64,000 nt of DNA from Octopus vulgaris (GCA_951406725.2 OX597815.1:147560001-147624000), one strand, 5' to 3'; counted from the first letter of the stretch, positions 22,580-37,309 are shown. A program made the numbers and translations. The notes: generated from the sequence alone by a model not told the origin.

Positions 22580-25500
22580 GTAAATAGATAGGTAAATAAT
22601 GATGCATATGTAGAATTATATGCATGCGCACACGCAGACCGACACTCACACATATATAGCTGTACAGTGTGAGTATAGGCTAAATCGATATTTTGAAGTC
22701 ATTATCGAGTATTGTAAAACTAGGTATAAACTTTTGGCGACTTCAAGGGACGACGACGTATCTCTATTCTTGGTGTAAAACGAACGCCACATAACAGCAT
22801 CATCATTAATTCAACTCGGAAACAAAACCTAAATTTCATTATTACATAGTTCAGGGTTTTACCACCTTCAATCTAAACGACCAAATATTGGACATCTATT
22901 TGTGGCCGTTTGCCAAATTTAGTAACAAATATCAGTGGTTTACTACAAAGATCAAAGACATTCGATATAAAACTTATCCACATGCTATCTGACTGCCTCC
23001 CTAATTAATAAGAATACTTTATTGGGACAAGCGTATATAGATTTATAGAAATTGTATGTTCTGACTTTCGATCATTTTCCAAACGTAATAACCATGTTCG
23101 GTTTGAAAGAAATCAATATACCTGACCCGTTACCGAATACATTTACAAAGTAAAATTGTACCGTCAAATGTATGGTTTGACTATGCGATCCGTGAATTGA
23201 TTTAATATATATTGTTGATGTTTATTTCCTTGACTTTAGCAGTGTAAAGGAATATATTGATTGCAATTGAACTCAAAAATATTAGACTATTGAAGAATAT
23301 GGAATATAATTTAGGCACTTTGAAAGTACCTGATTTATTATCATATGCATTATCTGACCTTTGTGTGAACTGCTATTAATTAGGTTTCGGTCATTTCCAT
23401 ATTGCAGCGTGATAAAATAGCCTATGTTAGAATTATGTTGGAATAAAATCAATGCATTGCCCTACCAAATCATGTTCTTGTATATCCTGTTTCTCACTTC
23501 AGTATTCCTACAGTCAAAATGATAGCAGATGCAAATCATTTCATCTCTTCATCACACTTTCATTCTCTCTTTTTCGAATTCCGGTATGACTAAAATTAAT
23601 CATCCACAAGTGTTGCAGAATGTTTAATGACTCATAAATATTCCGTTTGTGCTATGAAATTTTAAACATTTGATTCTTTACTTCAAATACTGGAGAACAC
23701 GTTACAGTAACGCCAATACTTTGGCTTTAGATGACAACTGCAACATTCTACAAAATATTTACCATTATCGGTACTTGACAGAGGAGATACATACGTGGCG
23801 ATATTATTTCCTTTGTCTTATCTTAGTATTATTATATCTCAATGAAGAATTTTTAAATGCTCAATAGTATTGCATTTAACCACTGAACATTCGAGAACAA
23901 ACATATCATTCATTATGTATATGATGGCTAAAACGAAAGCGAATGATACATTAATATCTATGGCGATGTCAGACCTAGAATGGGTTCATATCATTCCTGT
24001 GTATCGCATTAGCTATGAAGATAACTGTTATATTTCATAATAGGATTTATTTTCATTATGATTACCACGACGACAGTTTACTGTTAAATATTTCATGTAT
24101 TCTTTGTTGTTATTAATTATTTCAGGAGATGACGGTGGAAAACCAGTCTGGTAGAGCGCCTAACTAAAAGACTTGTGATATGCTATTATTGACTTTTATG
24201 CGTTGACTTCAAATGGTTTCGCATTCAAAATTTTCTTTCATCCTCATGCGAACGAGAAACTAATATAGCGGGCAAGTCTAGGAGCTGACTGAATCTATTG
24301 AAGCTGTCAGCGAATTTGTGGAATACTACACCACTTGACCTCATTAGTTAAAAGAGTGTGACAGAAATTGTGGAGAGATTCATTATATCATTTGATGATG
24401 TCCATTATATCTCGTCTCAATCTCCGTTCAAATCACACTGTCGTGTCAACACCTAAGGACCGATCTTGAATTCAAAATGATTGAGTAGACTAAAACTATA
24501 AGAAATCTACTTTCAGTACTACAACATTTATTATTCTACGAATGCAAGAATTTATTTAGTTTTTCAAATTGCCAAATATTGTGAAATAATTGAAACGTAT
24601 AATTTAGCAAATTAGCTTATTCAAATTGTTATTTACCACAAACTATTCAGTAGGGAAAAGATTATTAGAATAATCAAGTGTTTCTTGTCAAATGTCGGTT
24701 AAGCTTTGAAGCATATTTTTGCCATCGCGGGCAATATCAAGGTTTATGTCCTACATAAAATAATTACAATCCGAATTTTCTGAGAGTTCTTGATGATTAT
24801 ACAAAAAGCATTGAAGGTAGAATTCATGTGATTTGGTGGTCTCGGTGTGGGAGATAGCGGGGAATTATCTCCCCGTTAGCAATATTTTGCACCAAAAGAC
24901 AACATGAGAGATTTTCTCGTGTTAACTACCTCTCAGTGTTAACACTTTCTCTTAACAAGCTAAGCGACAAATCACAACACCAGATCCTGATCTGGCTGTT
25001 ATTTTCTATATTTCATCGGTAGGGAGCGTCCATCATTAACACGATCAGGGAAAATAAAAATCACGTGGTCTGGTGGAGATGGCGGGGATTTGTCTCCTCA
25101 CTTGCTATATAAAGAAACAAGCGTGCATTTTGTACCAAAAGCCAACCTGAGAGAGTTTCTTACGGTAATTATTATAGTAAAGTTTGATAATAGAGCATCA
25201 ACGGGAAGATATTATACGAAATGGCGAAATATTCATCACCTAATATGCAAAAGAAACATAGATATCACCTCAAAAAAATATAATCAAATAAAATAAATTT
25301 TTCATTTGCATAACTCCACCCATAACTACGTAGTAATTTACTTACCCTCATCCTCCTTTATTTATATCTTTTTTACTCTTTCACTGTGTGTACAGCACTC
25401 ATTTTACTACCTGTCTGAGACTGCGTCTTGTATTTCCACTCCTCCTCCACCTCTTATGTATCCCAATTTTATTCTCTCTTCCCTTTTCTCTACACGATGC

Positions 25501-25659
25501 AAAGAGTGACTATTAAACGCATCCACCAACACAGCAGGAAGAATCCTGCAGGAACATATTTTGTACTGCGTCTAGTGTAAAATACGTGATACATTGAATA
25601 TGAAACTCAATAAATAAAAATATAAAAGAAACAAAATTTAGCACTACATTACTTACGAC

Positions 25660-25942
25660 AATGTCGGTTCTAGTTGTGCCTGCTCGTCAAATTAACGTGC
25701 AAATGACCGAGCGTTCAACAGACATGTGTACCCTTAACATAGTTCTCATTGTAATTTAGCATAACAGGATTTTGCAAGGCTGGCCGTTTGAATTATAGGT
25801 ACTACTTATTTTTACCAACTGAGTGAACTGGTGCAACGTGAAATAAATTTTTGTGCGCAAGGACTCAACGTGCCGCCGGGAAACGATCTCGTGACTTTAT
25901 GATTATGAGCCAAATACTCCACTCACTAAGCCACCAGCCTTC
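25660..25942 (-). mobile_element. tRNA-derived SINE family C (degenerate)
   Basis: Minus strand reads GGTGGCTTAGTGAGT (A-box-like), a degenerate B-box, then GTCCTTGxGCA..TTTATTTCACGTTGC.CCAGTTCACTCAG. Confidence 0.7.
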
Positions 25943-26314
25943 ACAGGCATTAATGATCACGTAATAGCGTGTATGTCGACGTTTTTTAATTACCTCATTT
26001 TATACACGTTTCTCATTTCAGAGTGAGTAAAACCGCAATATTCTCCATCATGCCATAGCGACATGAAGCTCTCTTTTCTAAAAATGAATTACATACAGAG
26101 ATTAATAATGTCAAATACCTGAATTCGGTACAGGCGGAACTATAAAATATATTAGCTAATTCAATTCTGACATTCTACTCCTGAAATTTTCGCATACAGG
26201 TAAGAAAATTTTCTTAATTATTAAATTATTTGTCGCCGAAGTTGACACTGTGAAATGCAATTTTACCATAATGCAATTCAGCTTTGAATTTTGTGACTGC
26301 TAGAGGAAGTAATA

Positions 26315-26351
<37 letters not shown>

Positions 26352-26424
26352 ATGACATTGATGAGACATCTAAGATATACTACATAGTCACAATTTAAAT
26401 GACGCATTTAAATTCTAACAATAA

Positions 26425-26608
26425 ACATTGGCTCTAAATTTTGCCACAAGACCAGAGGCTAAGTTCATTAAATCTTCCAACGTATCCAGCTGGTACTTAT
26501 AACATCGACACAAAGGGCAAAGTCAAACTCAGTGGACTTTCTACTCAGACGAATTTTCGCTAAGCATTTTCTCCGGCGTGCGATCGATTCTGTCACTTCA
26601 CTGCATTT
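26425..26608 (-). mobile_element. Degenerate SINE family A
   Basis: GGCAAAGTCAA...ACGAATTTTCGCTAAGCATTT..CCGGCGTGC. Confidence 0.65.
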
Positions 26609-26804
26609 CTAACAATAAATATATTGTCTTATTATTTCTACAGTCAAAGACGACCTAACTTTTGTCTTTAATTTCTTTTTCCGTTTCTTATTTACACATT
26701 GTGTCCTCATTCCATTTTTTAAAATGTCCAAAGACCGTGAGTTTCGTGCATTGGTATTTCTTACCCACGATACTCTCGGACCTTGAGTCACCTTCCTATA
26801 TATA

Positions 26805-27290
<486 letters not shown>

Positions 27291-27896
27291 ACATTTTCAA
27301 TGATTTCACTTTAGGAAAGCGATCTTCGTCAAACAGAGCGATGATTTGATATTCTAAGCTAAAGTGTCTGTTCGCAATTCTTCTAGACTTCTAAAAAATT
27401 GAAAACATCATGAAACATGCATGTACTTTGAAATGAATCTGTTTTGGAGCGAACACTAGTATTTTGTACTGTAAACGAGAATGAATGAAGTTCTTGAAAG
27501 TTGAAGTAGACACTCCAAATATTAACTTGGTATCTATTTCGTATTTTACACAACTACTTTCCTTTGATGAAAGGCATTTTAGCAATAAAATCACTTTTAC
27601 GTGTTATCATATAGATTTGATTTGCTTATATATGAAAAAAGAAATAATAAATATCAATCGCTTCACTCCAATATCTAAATATTAGATCTGTGATCAAATC
27701 CTGTCAACTTAAAGTCCGAGAGAAGCTTTCATTTTGATCCACTTTAACGTTTTAGATAAATAAATTGTTAGTGATTATTTCTCTGTATTACATACGTGCA
27801 TACATACAATTTCACACACTCATTCACACACATACATAGATACACACACAGACACACAAACAGACACACACACACAGTCACCCACGCCCACGCACA

Positions 27897-27955
<59 letters not shown>

Positions 27956-27972
27956 ATATCTTTCTATCTATA

Positions 27973-28060
<88 letters not shown>

Positions 28061-28106
28061 CGTAAGTCCGTCTGTCTGTCTGTCCGTCCGTAAGTCCGTC
28101 TGTCTG

Positions 28107-28174
<68 letters not shown>

Positions 28175-29406
28175 GACGACGGTGAACAGGTGTGGTCGCC
28201 GTTTGTGATGCACGCATTCCCGCAACTCGTCTCCATGACCGAACTACAGTCGTGGATCAAAAAGAGGCCGAAGAAGGGCGAATGGCACCGCGAGTGTCGC
28301 GTTGCTCTCAAGCAACTCTGCCGTCCCGGGTCGACCTTGAGTGACTTCAACACAACCAAAGCATTCTATAAGGGATTAGTGGAGGGGAGGTACGACGACG
28401 AGCTCGGGGCAAACCTGGGCGTCGACGAGGAATACCTGACCCGCCTGTTTCAAACGACTTTCGGCCCGGGACCTATGGACAACTTCCAGAGATCCCTGGC
28501 CTGGCGGTGCTACCGAGAAGCGCTACCCGTTCGGGATAAGCTCTATAGGCATGGCTCGAGAAACACGGGGCCGACCTGCCCGAGATGCGGGCAGAGCGAC
28601 GAAACCGCTCTGCACGCAATCGTGCAGTGTCCAGCAATTTCCCACCTGTGGGCTTATGTCGGACGACTGCTGTCACGTGTGGGACGTGTCGGTTTATCAG
28701 CCGAGTCTATCGTTAATATCGTCACGCCTCCTTCCTTCAAACGGGAAGGAAGAGCTATTTTTATCATACTTGTGGCTATGGCGAAAGAATGTATCTGGTG
28801 GACGCGTCTGAAAGGATTAGAGACAAACACTTTCCTCTCTGGTCAATCTCTCATCAACTTCTTCAAGTATCACTTGAAGAAAAAGTGAGAGTAGAGAGGC
28901 AAGTTTTGTCTAGTGAATGTTTTAAAAAAAGATGGGTGAATGTAGCAAGGATGGCACGTATGAATGACGAAGCCACCTTGACTATGATTCTATGAAGCGT
29001 AAAAATTAATACAGAGAGTTGCTTATTTGCAAAAAAAAAAAAAAAAGAAATATAACATGTGACTTCATTGACCGAGGTTACCGTGGTCTTTTCCGTAGGC
29101 TTTTCTTTCCACGGGTAAACCTCACCTGTCCTCCCCTTTACACTTCATATTGACATTTCTGTGATAACGATCCCTATTGATCAATTTTTTTCCTCTCCCC
29201 CTTTTTTTTAACCCCCCTTTTTTTGTCCTCTTTCTCTCCTTTTACGATCCCTTTTGATCGACCCCCCCTTTTTAATTTTATTTTATTTGTTATTTTATTT
29301 TTTTAAATTTTTTTTATTTTTATTTTTTTTTAAACCTTCAAAAGAAAAGCTCTACCTTGTAATTTGTTCTATCTGTGTGCAGCCCTGTGTGGCTAATAAA
29401 GAAACA

Positions 29407-29407
<1 letters not shown>
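28175..29407 (+). mobile_element. 5'-truncated Tx1/L1-clade LINE inserted in (TCTA)n
   Basis: GC-rich coding 3' end, pyrimidine-rich 3' UTR and AATAAA-containing tail, with TCTA arrays on both sides. Confidence 0.85.
28190..28995 (+). pseudogene. LINE ORF2 C-terminus with zf-RVT-like CCHC domain (frameshift near 28885)
   Basis: AWRCYREALPVRDKL...TCPRCGQSDETALHAIVQCP...AKECIWWTR. The frame continues as KVRVERQ...FKKRW after a slip in an A-run. Confidence 0.85.
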
Positions 29408-29471
<64 letters not shown>

Positions 29472-29575
29472 GCTTGTCTGTCTATCTTCCTGTCTATCAG
29501 TCAATGTTTGTCTCCATCTAGCTACTTAGCTCTATTTTGCTACGTAGCTACTAATCTATCTACCTATCTTCGTCT

Positions 29576-29624
<49 letters not shown>

Positions 29625-29861
29625 CTTTTATCTAACTATTTGTATATCTACACACACACACGGACACACACACATATCTCTACGTACATGCATACACACA
29701 CGCGCGCATTGGATGTTCATTCAAGATTTCTCTGACTAACTTCCGGTTATTGCAGGAAACGGAACTTGTACAAGCATAATTATACATGTCTCTACATGTC
29801 ACATTGTAAATTGCAGCTTTATTTGTCTTTTACGGCTGCTGAAGTGGACTAAGGTGATATA

Positions 29862-31100
29862 ATGGCGGCAGATTCTTATGTTAGGTTGTCCGGAAAGTTC
29901 GTGCCGATTTATAGGAGCTTACATTCCAACTTATGTTTGAACATGGTTGAGCCCATAAAATAGGATTTGACTACACCTCCATTTAGAGCACAGTTGAAGC
30001 TATCTTTTCGGGGAAGAAGTTTTATGTTCCTATAACATGTGTTAATTCTGTAACCCTTTAAAATGGAAGATAAGAAAGTTCATTTTCGGTACTTGATGCT
30101 TTGGGAACCAGACAAAAATTGCTGCAGCTCGGATGGTATGTGTTACCCCACCCTCCATATTCACCAGATATTGCTCCTTCCAATTTCCACTTATTCAGGT
30201 CTCTGCAGAATACTCTTAATGGTAAAAATTTCTATTCATTGAATGACGTAAATAATACCTTGATGCCATGAAACCACCTCATGCCTGGGAAGATGGTATT
30301 TTCAAGTTAAAAGAGAGATGAAGGCGCATTGTGCAACAAAATGTAATGACAAATATTTATTGATCTTTTTCTTTCCTTTAAAAATCGGCACGAACTTTCC
30401 GGACAACCCAATACTTGAATGGTCGTAAACAAATCTACACTTATGATAAGATGAAGGAAGTTTACAGTGACGATGCACCATCAGTCGACTTAGTTAAGCC
30501 ACGGCATCGCCAGTTCGAATGTGATCGAAAATACTATTCTTGGACGACCACATTCCGCCATTGATGACGACACCATCCTTAAAGTGGAAACCGCCATTTC
30601 AGAGGATCGCAGAACTATTTGGTAATTAGTCCAAGAAATAAAGATAAGTGTAGGGTCTGTGAAAAAAAAATCATTCGCGACCAGTTACACATGCAGACGT
30701 TATCTGCACGATGAATACCCCTGATGCTCACACATTTTGAGAAGTAGGAACGAGTCAATAAGTCCCAGGCATATTGCCAAATATACCGAGAAAACGAGGA
30801 GGGCTTTTTGGGAAGATTTACCACAGGATGAATCATGTCTCTATCACTATGATTCTGAAGCTAAAGTCCAGTCGAAGCAATGGAAGCAGGATAACTCACA
30901 AGCTCCAAAGAAAGCTCATGTTTAACCTTTAGTAGGCAAGGTGAGCTCACAGTCTTTTGGGACCAGTGCGAAGTAGTGGTGATGGATTTTCTAGTGAAGG
31001 ACACGACGTTTAATGGTCCATATTATGCTCCTCTGTTGCAGAAAATGCGGGGCGCCATGAAAGCAAACAGGTGTGGCATGCTGGCCAAAGGAGTCTGGCC
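29862..31100 (+). pseudogene. Decayed mariner transposase (host of a nested mariner MITE)
   Basis: Motifs FL(Y)LNG..MKEVYSDDAPS, DESCLYHYDSEAKVQSKQWK, TVFWDQ and GPYYAPLLQKMRGAMKANRCGMLAKGV. Truncated at 31100. Confidence 0.8.
29881..30411 (+). mobile_element. Internally deleted mariner with 30-bp TIRs
   Basis: TIR TTRGGTTGTCCGGAAAGTTCGTGCCGATTT at both ends, TA on the right flank, and internal VLPHPPYSPDIAPSNFHLFRSLQN. Confidence 0.92.
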
Positions 31101-32894
31101 AAATTAGAGATAAAACCACTATTAGGCAAATCAAACAGTGAAAAACATAAGCCAATCATAAATTAATTTTAGAATATAAAAGTTAAAAATATAAAATTAT
31201 TTAGATAATTTAAACTTATAAATTTTATATATATATATACAAATATATATATTTATATGCATGTATATTTTTATATTTATATATTATTTTATTAATTAAT
31301 TAATAAATTAATTACTTAATTTATTTATTTTTTTTTTTTTATAAATATCAAAAGTATTAAAAGTTTAATAAAAGATAAAGAGTAAAACACTACGATAGTT
31401 TCATGGCTGTACCAATTCGAATAACAATAATTTAAATTCAATTAATAATTGGAGTTATGGATACAGTTAATCTTCAGGTTAATTGAAATATTTTAAAAAT
31501 AATCAGAAATATTTAAACAATATTTTTAAGATATAAATAATATAATAATTTTACTTATAATAAACTCTATTATCAAACTAGAAACTTAAAACTTATCAAT
31601 TATGATTACATCAAAATCGATTATAATGTTAAATATTAATTTTAATTTATAAGGTAAGAAACCCACCAATAATCTAATATCGGTAATAGTCTATATCTAA
31701 TTATTTAAATATAAAACAAAATTACTATTATATATAAATTATCAATGAAAATATAAAATGTATATAAATATTATAATTAAGATCTAATATAATCTCTATA
31801 AATAAATATATATGCACATATAATAAAGACCTAATAAATTATTATTTCGTATATAAAGATGAAATAGCTAATTTCAAAAATACAAACAAACAAACTTAAA
31901 CGAACTTTCGGAAATCTTATTTAAAATACTTATAGAAATAATCAATTCGTAGTTATATAGTAACGAATAAATACTATAAATACTATAAATATAATTATCA
32001 ATGGGAATTACTGGCGAATATCAATTTAAAAATACAATAACTAAGTTTTGCTATTAAGTTAGACATGGCCTGGACCAATCTTTAGTCGAAACATATCTAA
32101 GTTTATCAAAGTTTATTTTATTTTAATTATAAGAAATTTAAAGCTACAATTAATACTATTAATACATGTATATACAAAAGCCTAACTTTTGTATACTTGC
32201 TATCAAATAACAAATCTATCGCTAAGTAATATCTTACGAATAAACTTAAATTTAATATCTAATAATATAGAAAATTACGATAATTAGATCATTACATAAA
32301 CAACAATATTTACATAAGGAAAATATTATTAAACCGAAGACTTATAAAATATAAAAATTTACAATTTAAAGATCTTAAATATAAATAAATACTTATCTTA
32401 GCGAGTTTTGTAATGAACTAAAATTTTGAATCAGAAAACGTCTTTACAGCGTTTATAAGAATACTCGTGGAATTACGTTATTAGCAAAAAAAAAGAATAA
32501 ATTGTTGAAGAATTCATTAAGCGTGAGGAACAAATATGCTTTACCAATGAAGATTGTGAATGGGAACATTAATGGTTTATCAGTGTAAATAGAATGAAGT
32601 CACAAATAAAGATTAAAATCACTCTATACTATAAGATTTATTAATAAAATAACTATGATAAATTATACTTAATACAAAATAAATTAAATAATTTAAATGA
32701 TTAAAAACCACTAATTATTAAATATATTCTAAAAATCTTATATGATTGATAAATATATAACAAATTTTTTTATAGTAACCCCTCATCGTACTAAAGTCTT
32801 TCCCAATGCTCTTATAATAATAAGCTAAAATTAGTGATCATAACCAATATCTCTAAAATACTTATCAAAATTTGCAGTATAACTATACATACGT

Positions 32895-32947
<53 letters not shown>

Positions 32948-32960
32948 CATATACATATAC

Positions 32961-33029
<69 letters not shown>

Positions 33030-34993
33030 TACATACACATATACATACATATACATATATACACACATATATACACACACATACACACATACACATATGC
33101 ACACATATACATACATGTACATACATACAATACTCAATAAATAGACATACACCTATATACACCCCCACACACACACATAAATAAATGTATATACATATAT
33201 ATATATATACACGCACAACAACATATACACATATATACATACACACACAAACACATATATCATATAATAAATACGTATATAAATGGCTATATTCATACTA
33301 CAATACAAAAATAGAGGTAAACATTAAGTTTAATCTAAATATCCAATCTTACTAATCTATATTTCTATATTAGATAAAATAGATTAAATAAGTAACTAAA
33401 TAAATCTATTTCAAATATATAGAGATTACATACAAATATATTAATATAACAAAATTATAATTTAACAAAATTATAACAGAAATATAACAAAATATATAAA
33501 CTTAACTTTATTATAAGATAAATAAACTTGCAACTTACCAAACTCTATATTCAATAAACCATTAAATATTTATTAAAAATATATATTTAGTAATAAAATA
33601 TTTAGTAATAAAATAAACAATTATACATAATCTAACTATAATTAAAAACAGAACCTAAATAACTAAAATAAACTAATATAATAAGTACTACAAATCACCT
33701 GCTATATTTAGAATACTATTACATAAAACAACAAATAAGGAGCTAATTAAGGCTAAGGAATATTCAGTATTTATCAATAAATTTATTATATAAGTAAAGT
33801 AACTTGTGTCTGCATTTTATTTTGCGCTCATCCCAGGTATTCACTAAATTATCATGCTTATAAAGTAAAATGTCCTTAAACTCATTTGAACAAAAATAAC
33901 AAAAATTCCCTCCTATACTATATGATTTAGCCTTACTAATTATTTCCAATGAAAAACATTATTAATATTTTGGGATTTAAGTCCCCAAATGTACTTGCTA
34001 AGTCCAATGGATTTAATTAAGTTTTTATTTTTAAATGAATGCATATCCTGTGCGATTCTTAATTTTATTTTAGAGGAAGTGGACCCTATATATATCGCGT
34101 TTGAGTTATTCTTATTCTTATTATTATCATTATGTAATGTAACTATACACTTATACACTACATCGTTAATATCACATTTATTATTTAATTTGCATTTAGT
34201 TTTATCTCTACATGTACAGTTAATTAGTGTCTTATCTTTTTTTTTTATTATTGGTATTATTATATAATATATTTTTATAAAAATTATTCAGTTTAAATTT
34301 ATTAAAAGAAGAAATAATGTTACTTACACTATTAGTGGTAGAATAACCTACTCCAAAATTATTACTAGAGAAAATGTTTTTATTTTTACGATTATCTCGA
34401 ATAAATAGTTCAATAATATCTAAAATCTCTTTAATAATGTTCGTTTTAACTTGAGCACCATAAGGAAATATTAACCAAATTTTATTCTTATTTTTCTTCT
34501 TCTTCTTCTTAAAACTATCATTATTATTGTTACCATTATTATTATTATATTTCTTTATCATATTATTATTATTATTATTAGATTTAAATTTATAATTAAC
34601 ATTTAAAGAATTATTAAAGTTATTATTTTTATTTTTGTTTTTATTCATATTTTAATTTATATTACTTTTATTTTTTAAATTTCTAAGATTATTACCAATA
34701 TTACTAACAAAATTATTATAATTATTATTAATATTTTTATCTCTATTATTAATAGTTTTATCTTTATTTTTTAATAAAAAAAATTAATATTACTATTATA
34801 AACTGCCTCTCTCAGGGCCTCATTGTAATTAGGAGCATGTTTATTAAAAATCTCTAAGTCATAAGAAAGTAATTTGATTTGCCTAATAGTGGTTATATCT
34901 ATAATTTAATATGATATAATATAATATATTTATATCATAAAATTGGATTTAATCCTAAATCTAATTTTTCCCTGTAAGTTTGGATTTATTCCC

Positions 34994-35000
<7 letters not shown>
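31101..35000 (-). mobile_element. Extremely AT-rich decayed Penelope-like element with inverted terminal segment
   Basis: GIY-YIG remnants at 33764-34158 (YIGSTS..KLRI..HSF..LSKYIW..CYFC..CRH) and a linker KIWLIFPYGAQVKTNI. AACCACTATTAGGCAAATCAAA occurs inverted at both ends. Confidence 0.75.
31385..31480 (-). ncRNA. Hammerhead-like motif with long stem II
   Basis: Minus strand reads CTGAAGA, a ~70-nt insert with CTGTA/TACAG pairing, then GAAAC-TATC-GTA. Confidence 0.5.
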
Positions 35001-35042
<42 letters not shown>

Positions 35043-35058
35043 ATGTGTGTGTGTGTGT

Positions 35059-35437
35059 GTAGCTTGCTTACGAATCACATGTTTCCCGGTGGAGTCCCAC
35101 TGCGTGGCACCTTGGCAACTGTCTTCTACACTAGCCTCGATCGGACCAAAGCCTTGTGAGTAGATTCGGTAGACGGAAAATGAAAGAAGCCCGTCGTATA
35201 TCTGTATATATATGTATATGTGTGTAGATGTTTGTGTCAGTGTTTATCCCCCCAACATCGGTTGACAAACGATGCTGCTATGTTTACGTTCCCATAGGTT
35301 AGCGCTTCGGCAAAAGACCCCGATAGAATAAGTACTAGGCTTACAAAGAATAAGTCTTAGGGTCGATATGGTTGACTAAAGGCGGTGCTCCAGCATGGCC
35401 ACAGTCAAATGACTGGAACAAGTAAAAGAGTAAAGAG
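35059..35437 (+). mobile_element. SINE family B, near full length
   Basis: Collinear with the reverse complement of 7263-7650. Confidence 0.9.
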
Positions 35438-36306
35438 CATATATATATACGTGGGCAATTGATTTTTATGGCATTTGAAAGTAATAAGAAAGGATAGGGA
35501 ATAACGCTGGAGATAGAGCAGGAACTGTATCTAGCAAACGTTGTTTTACATCAAGCGTCCTGGCAAAATTTAAATTAGTGTGATAATGGAACTGTACTAC
35601 TCTCCGCTTTAGCTCACATCAGATATTCAAGCCTTTGTATGAACATGCGCATATCATAGTCTCGAGCATAGCACCTTATTTAATATTCATTCTTATCTCT
35701 GTGTCAGGTTTATCTCATGCTTATCACACACACTTGCGCGCACGCACGCAGGCACACATGTACATGAAATTAAAATTTCTCATATATTGATAAAGCATTC
35801 CGCAAATTTACATGATTTGTCGCTCCACATTCATCAATAATATATCATCTCTTCAACGAAGGATATTATTCCAAAAGATAGAACCCACGACTTCGTTATC
35901 TTCCAGCCTTTTTCTAATGTGTAAACTTTGTTACATGATTTTTGCCAACACACATGACCGCTAGTTTTTCCTTAGCCTGGCTTTCATTTTCCGTCTTTTT
36001 CTTAACCTACATAATCATATATTACATGGGTGTGAACATTTAAGTAATATAAAAGCTGATGAAAGGAAACAAGTGGGTTTTGATTTAGTCAGGTAATTGC
36101 GTCTATTCTTTGTTTAAATGACGGCACAGTAATGTTCCAATAATTACGTTTCATACAATAAAGATGAAAAGAAAGAAATCTTCTAAATAATAATCGTATA
36201 ATAATAGGGAAGTGTATAGCTTTTATGTAGTCTAGTTATCAACTCTTTGAAAATAAGTCACTGCGGAAATGATTTCCTGAAACGCTTCTTCTGTCAGAGA
36301 TATCAA

Positions 36307-36346
<40 letters not shown>

Positions 36347-36413
36347 AATACATATATATATACATAAAGATATGTACATATATGTATATATATGTATATA
36401 TCTATATGTATAT

Positions 36414-36450
<37 letters not shown>

Positions 36451-37309
36451 TACCACTTTTGCAGAAGAAATATATTTTTGATGAAACGCTAGGTATAATA
36501 TTTTATGAAAACGTAAAAGTAAACAATATGATGAAGTCATGTTTTAGAAAGCGTATTAATGGCGACCAAGAAGTGAAATTACACAAACCAATAATCGATT
36601 TCATCTCACTAGATACATATTATCATTTAATCTATTGTATTAACCTTATATATATTTAAAGATTAGTTTTTGTATAGGAATAAATGGTCTACTTGTACCA
36701 TTAAACTCAGCAGACTTGTCAAGTTGATATTAGTTGATGTTCTAATGATAAATAGTGTTCAATCGCTTCTGTTCAGAACCAAGTCTGTATATTTGACCCA
36801 GTAATATAGTAGTATGAGTCTTTTACAATGAAATGTCTCGTATAAAGAACATTACTTACCTAAGGTGAAAACCTGGTATGAGACAAGATGTATGTCTTAA
36901 GATGATAGTAGTAAGTTGTGAGTAAGATGACAAACACGAGATTCAGGAGTATTTATCTTACTAATTATGGTAATTTGTCTATAGAAATTGTCATCTAAAT
37001 ACTGTCTCTACGTGACCTGGGGCGAAAATGACTTTCATTTTGTTTAGAGTGAGATGTTAGTAATATAATGTTCACTTCAACAATATTTTTCGGAACAAGT
37101 TATTTTTTATGATTGCTTAAGTAAGCATTGACAGAATTATATAATAGAAAGAGTTAAAAATATACATCGCATAATAAATTTTTGTTTAAGTTATAATTTT
37201 TTTTTTTATTAAGGTTGTATTTATTTCTTTTCTCATCTTCTTCCTTGTCGTGCTCCTGCTACTGTTCCTCCTCCTGATCATCATATTCATCATATATATG
37301 AGAGTGGAG

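Noticed and set aside
31140-33760. Mitochondrial insertion (NUMT)
   Set aside because: It is very AT-rich, but no mitochondrial gene or tRNA is recognisable, and it is bounded by PLE features.
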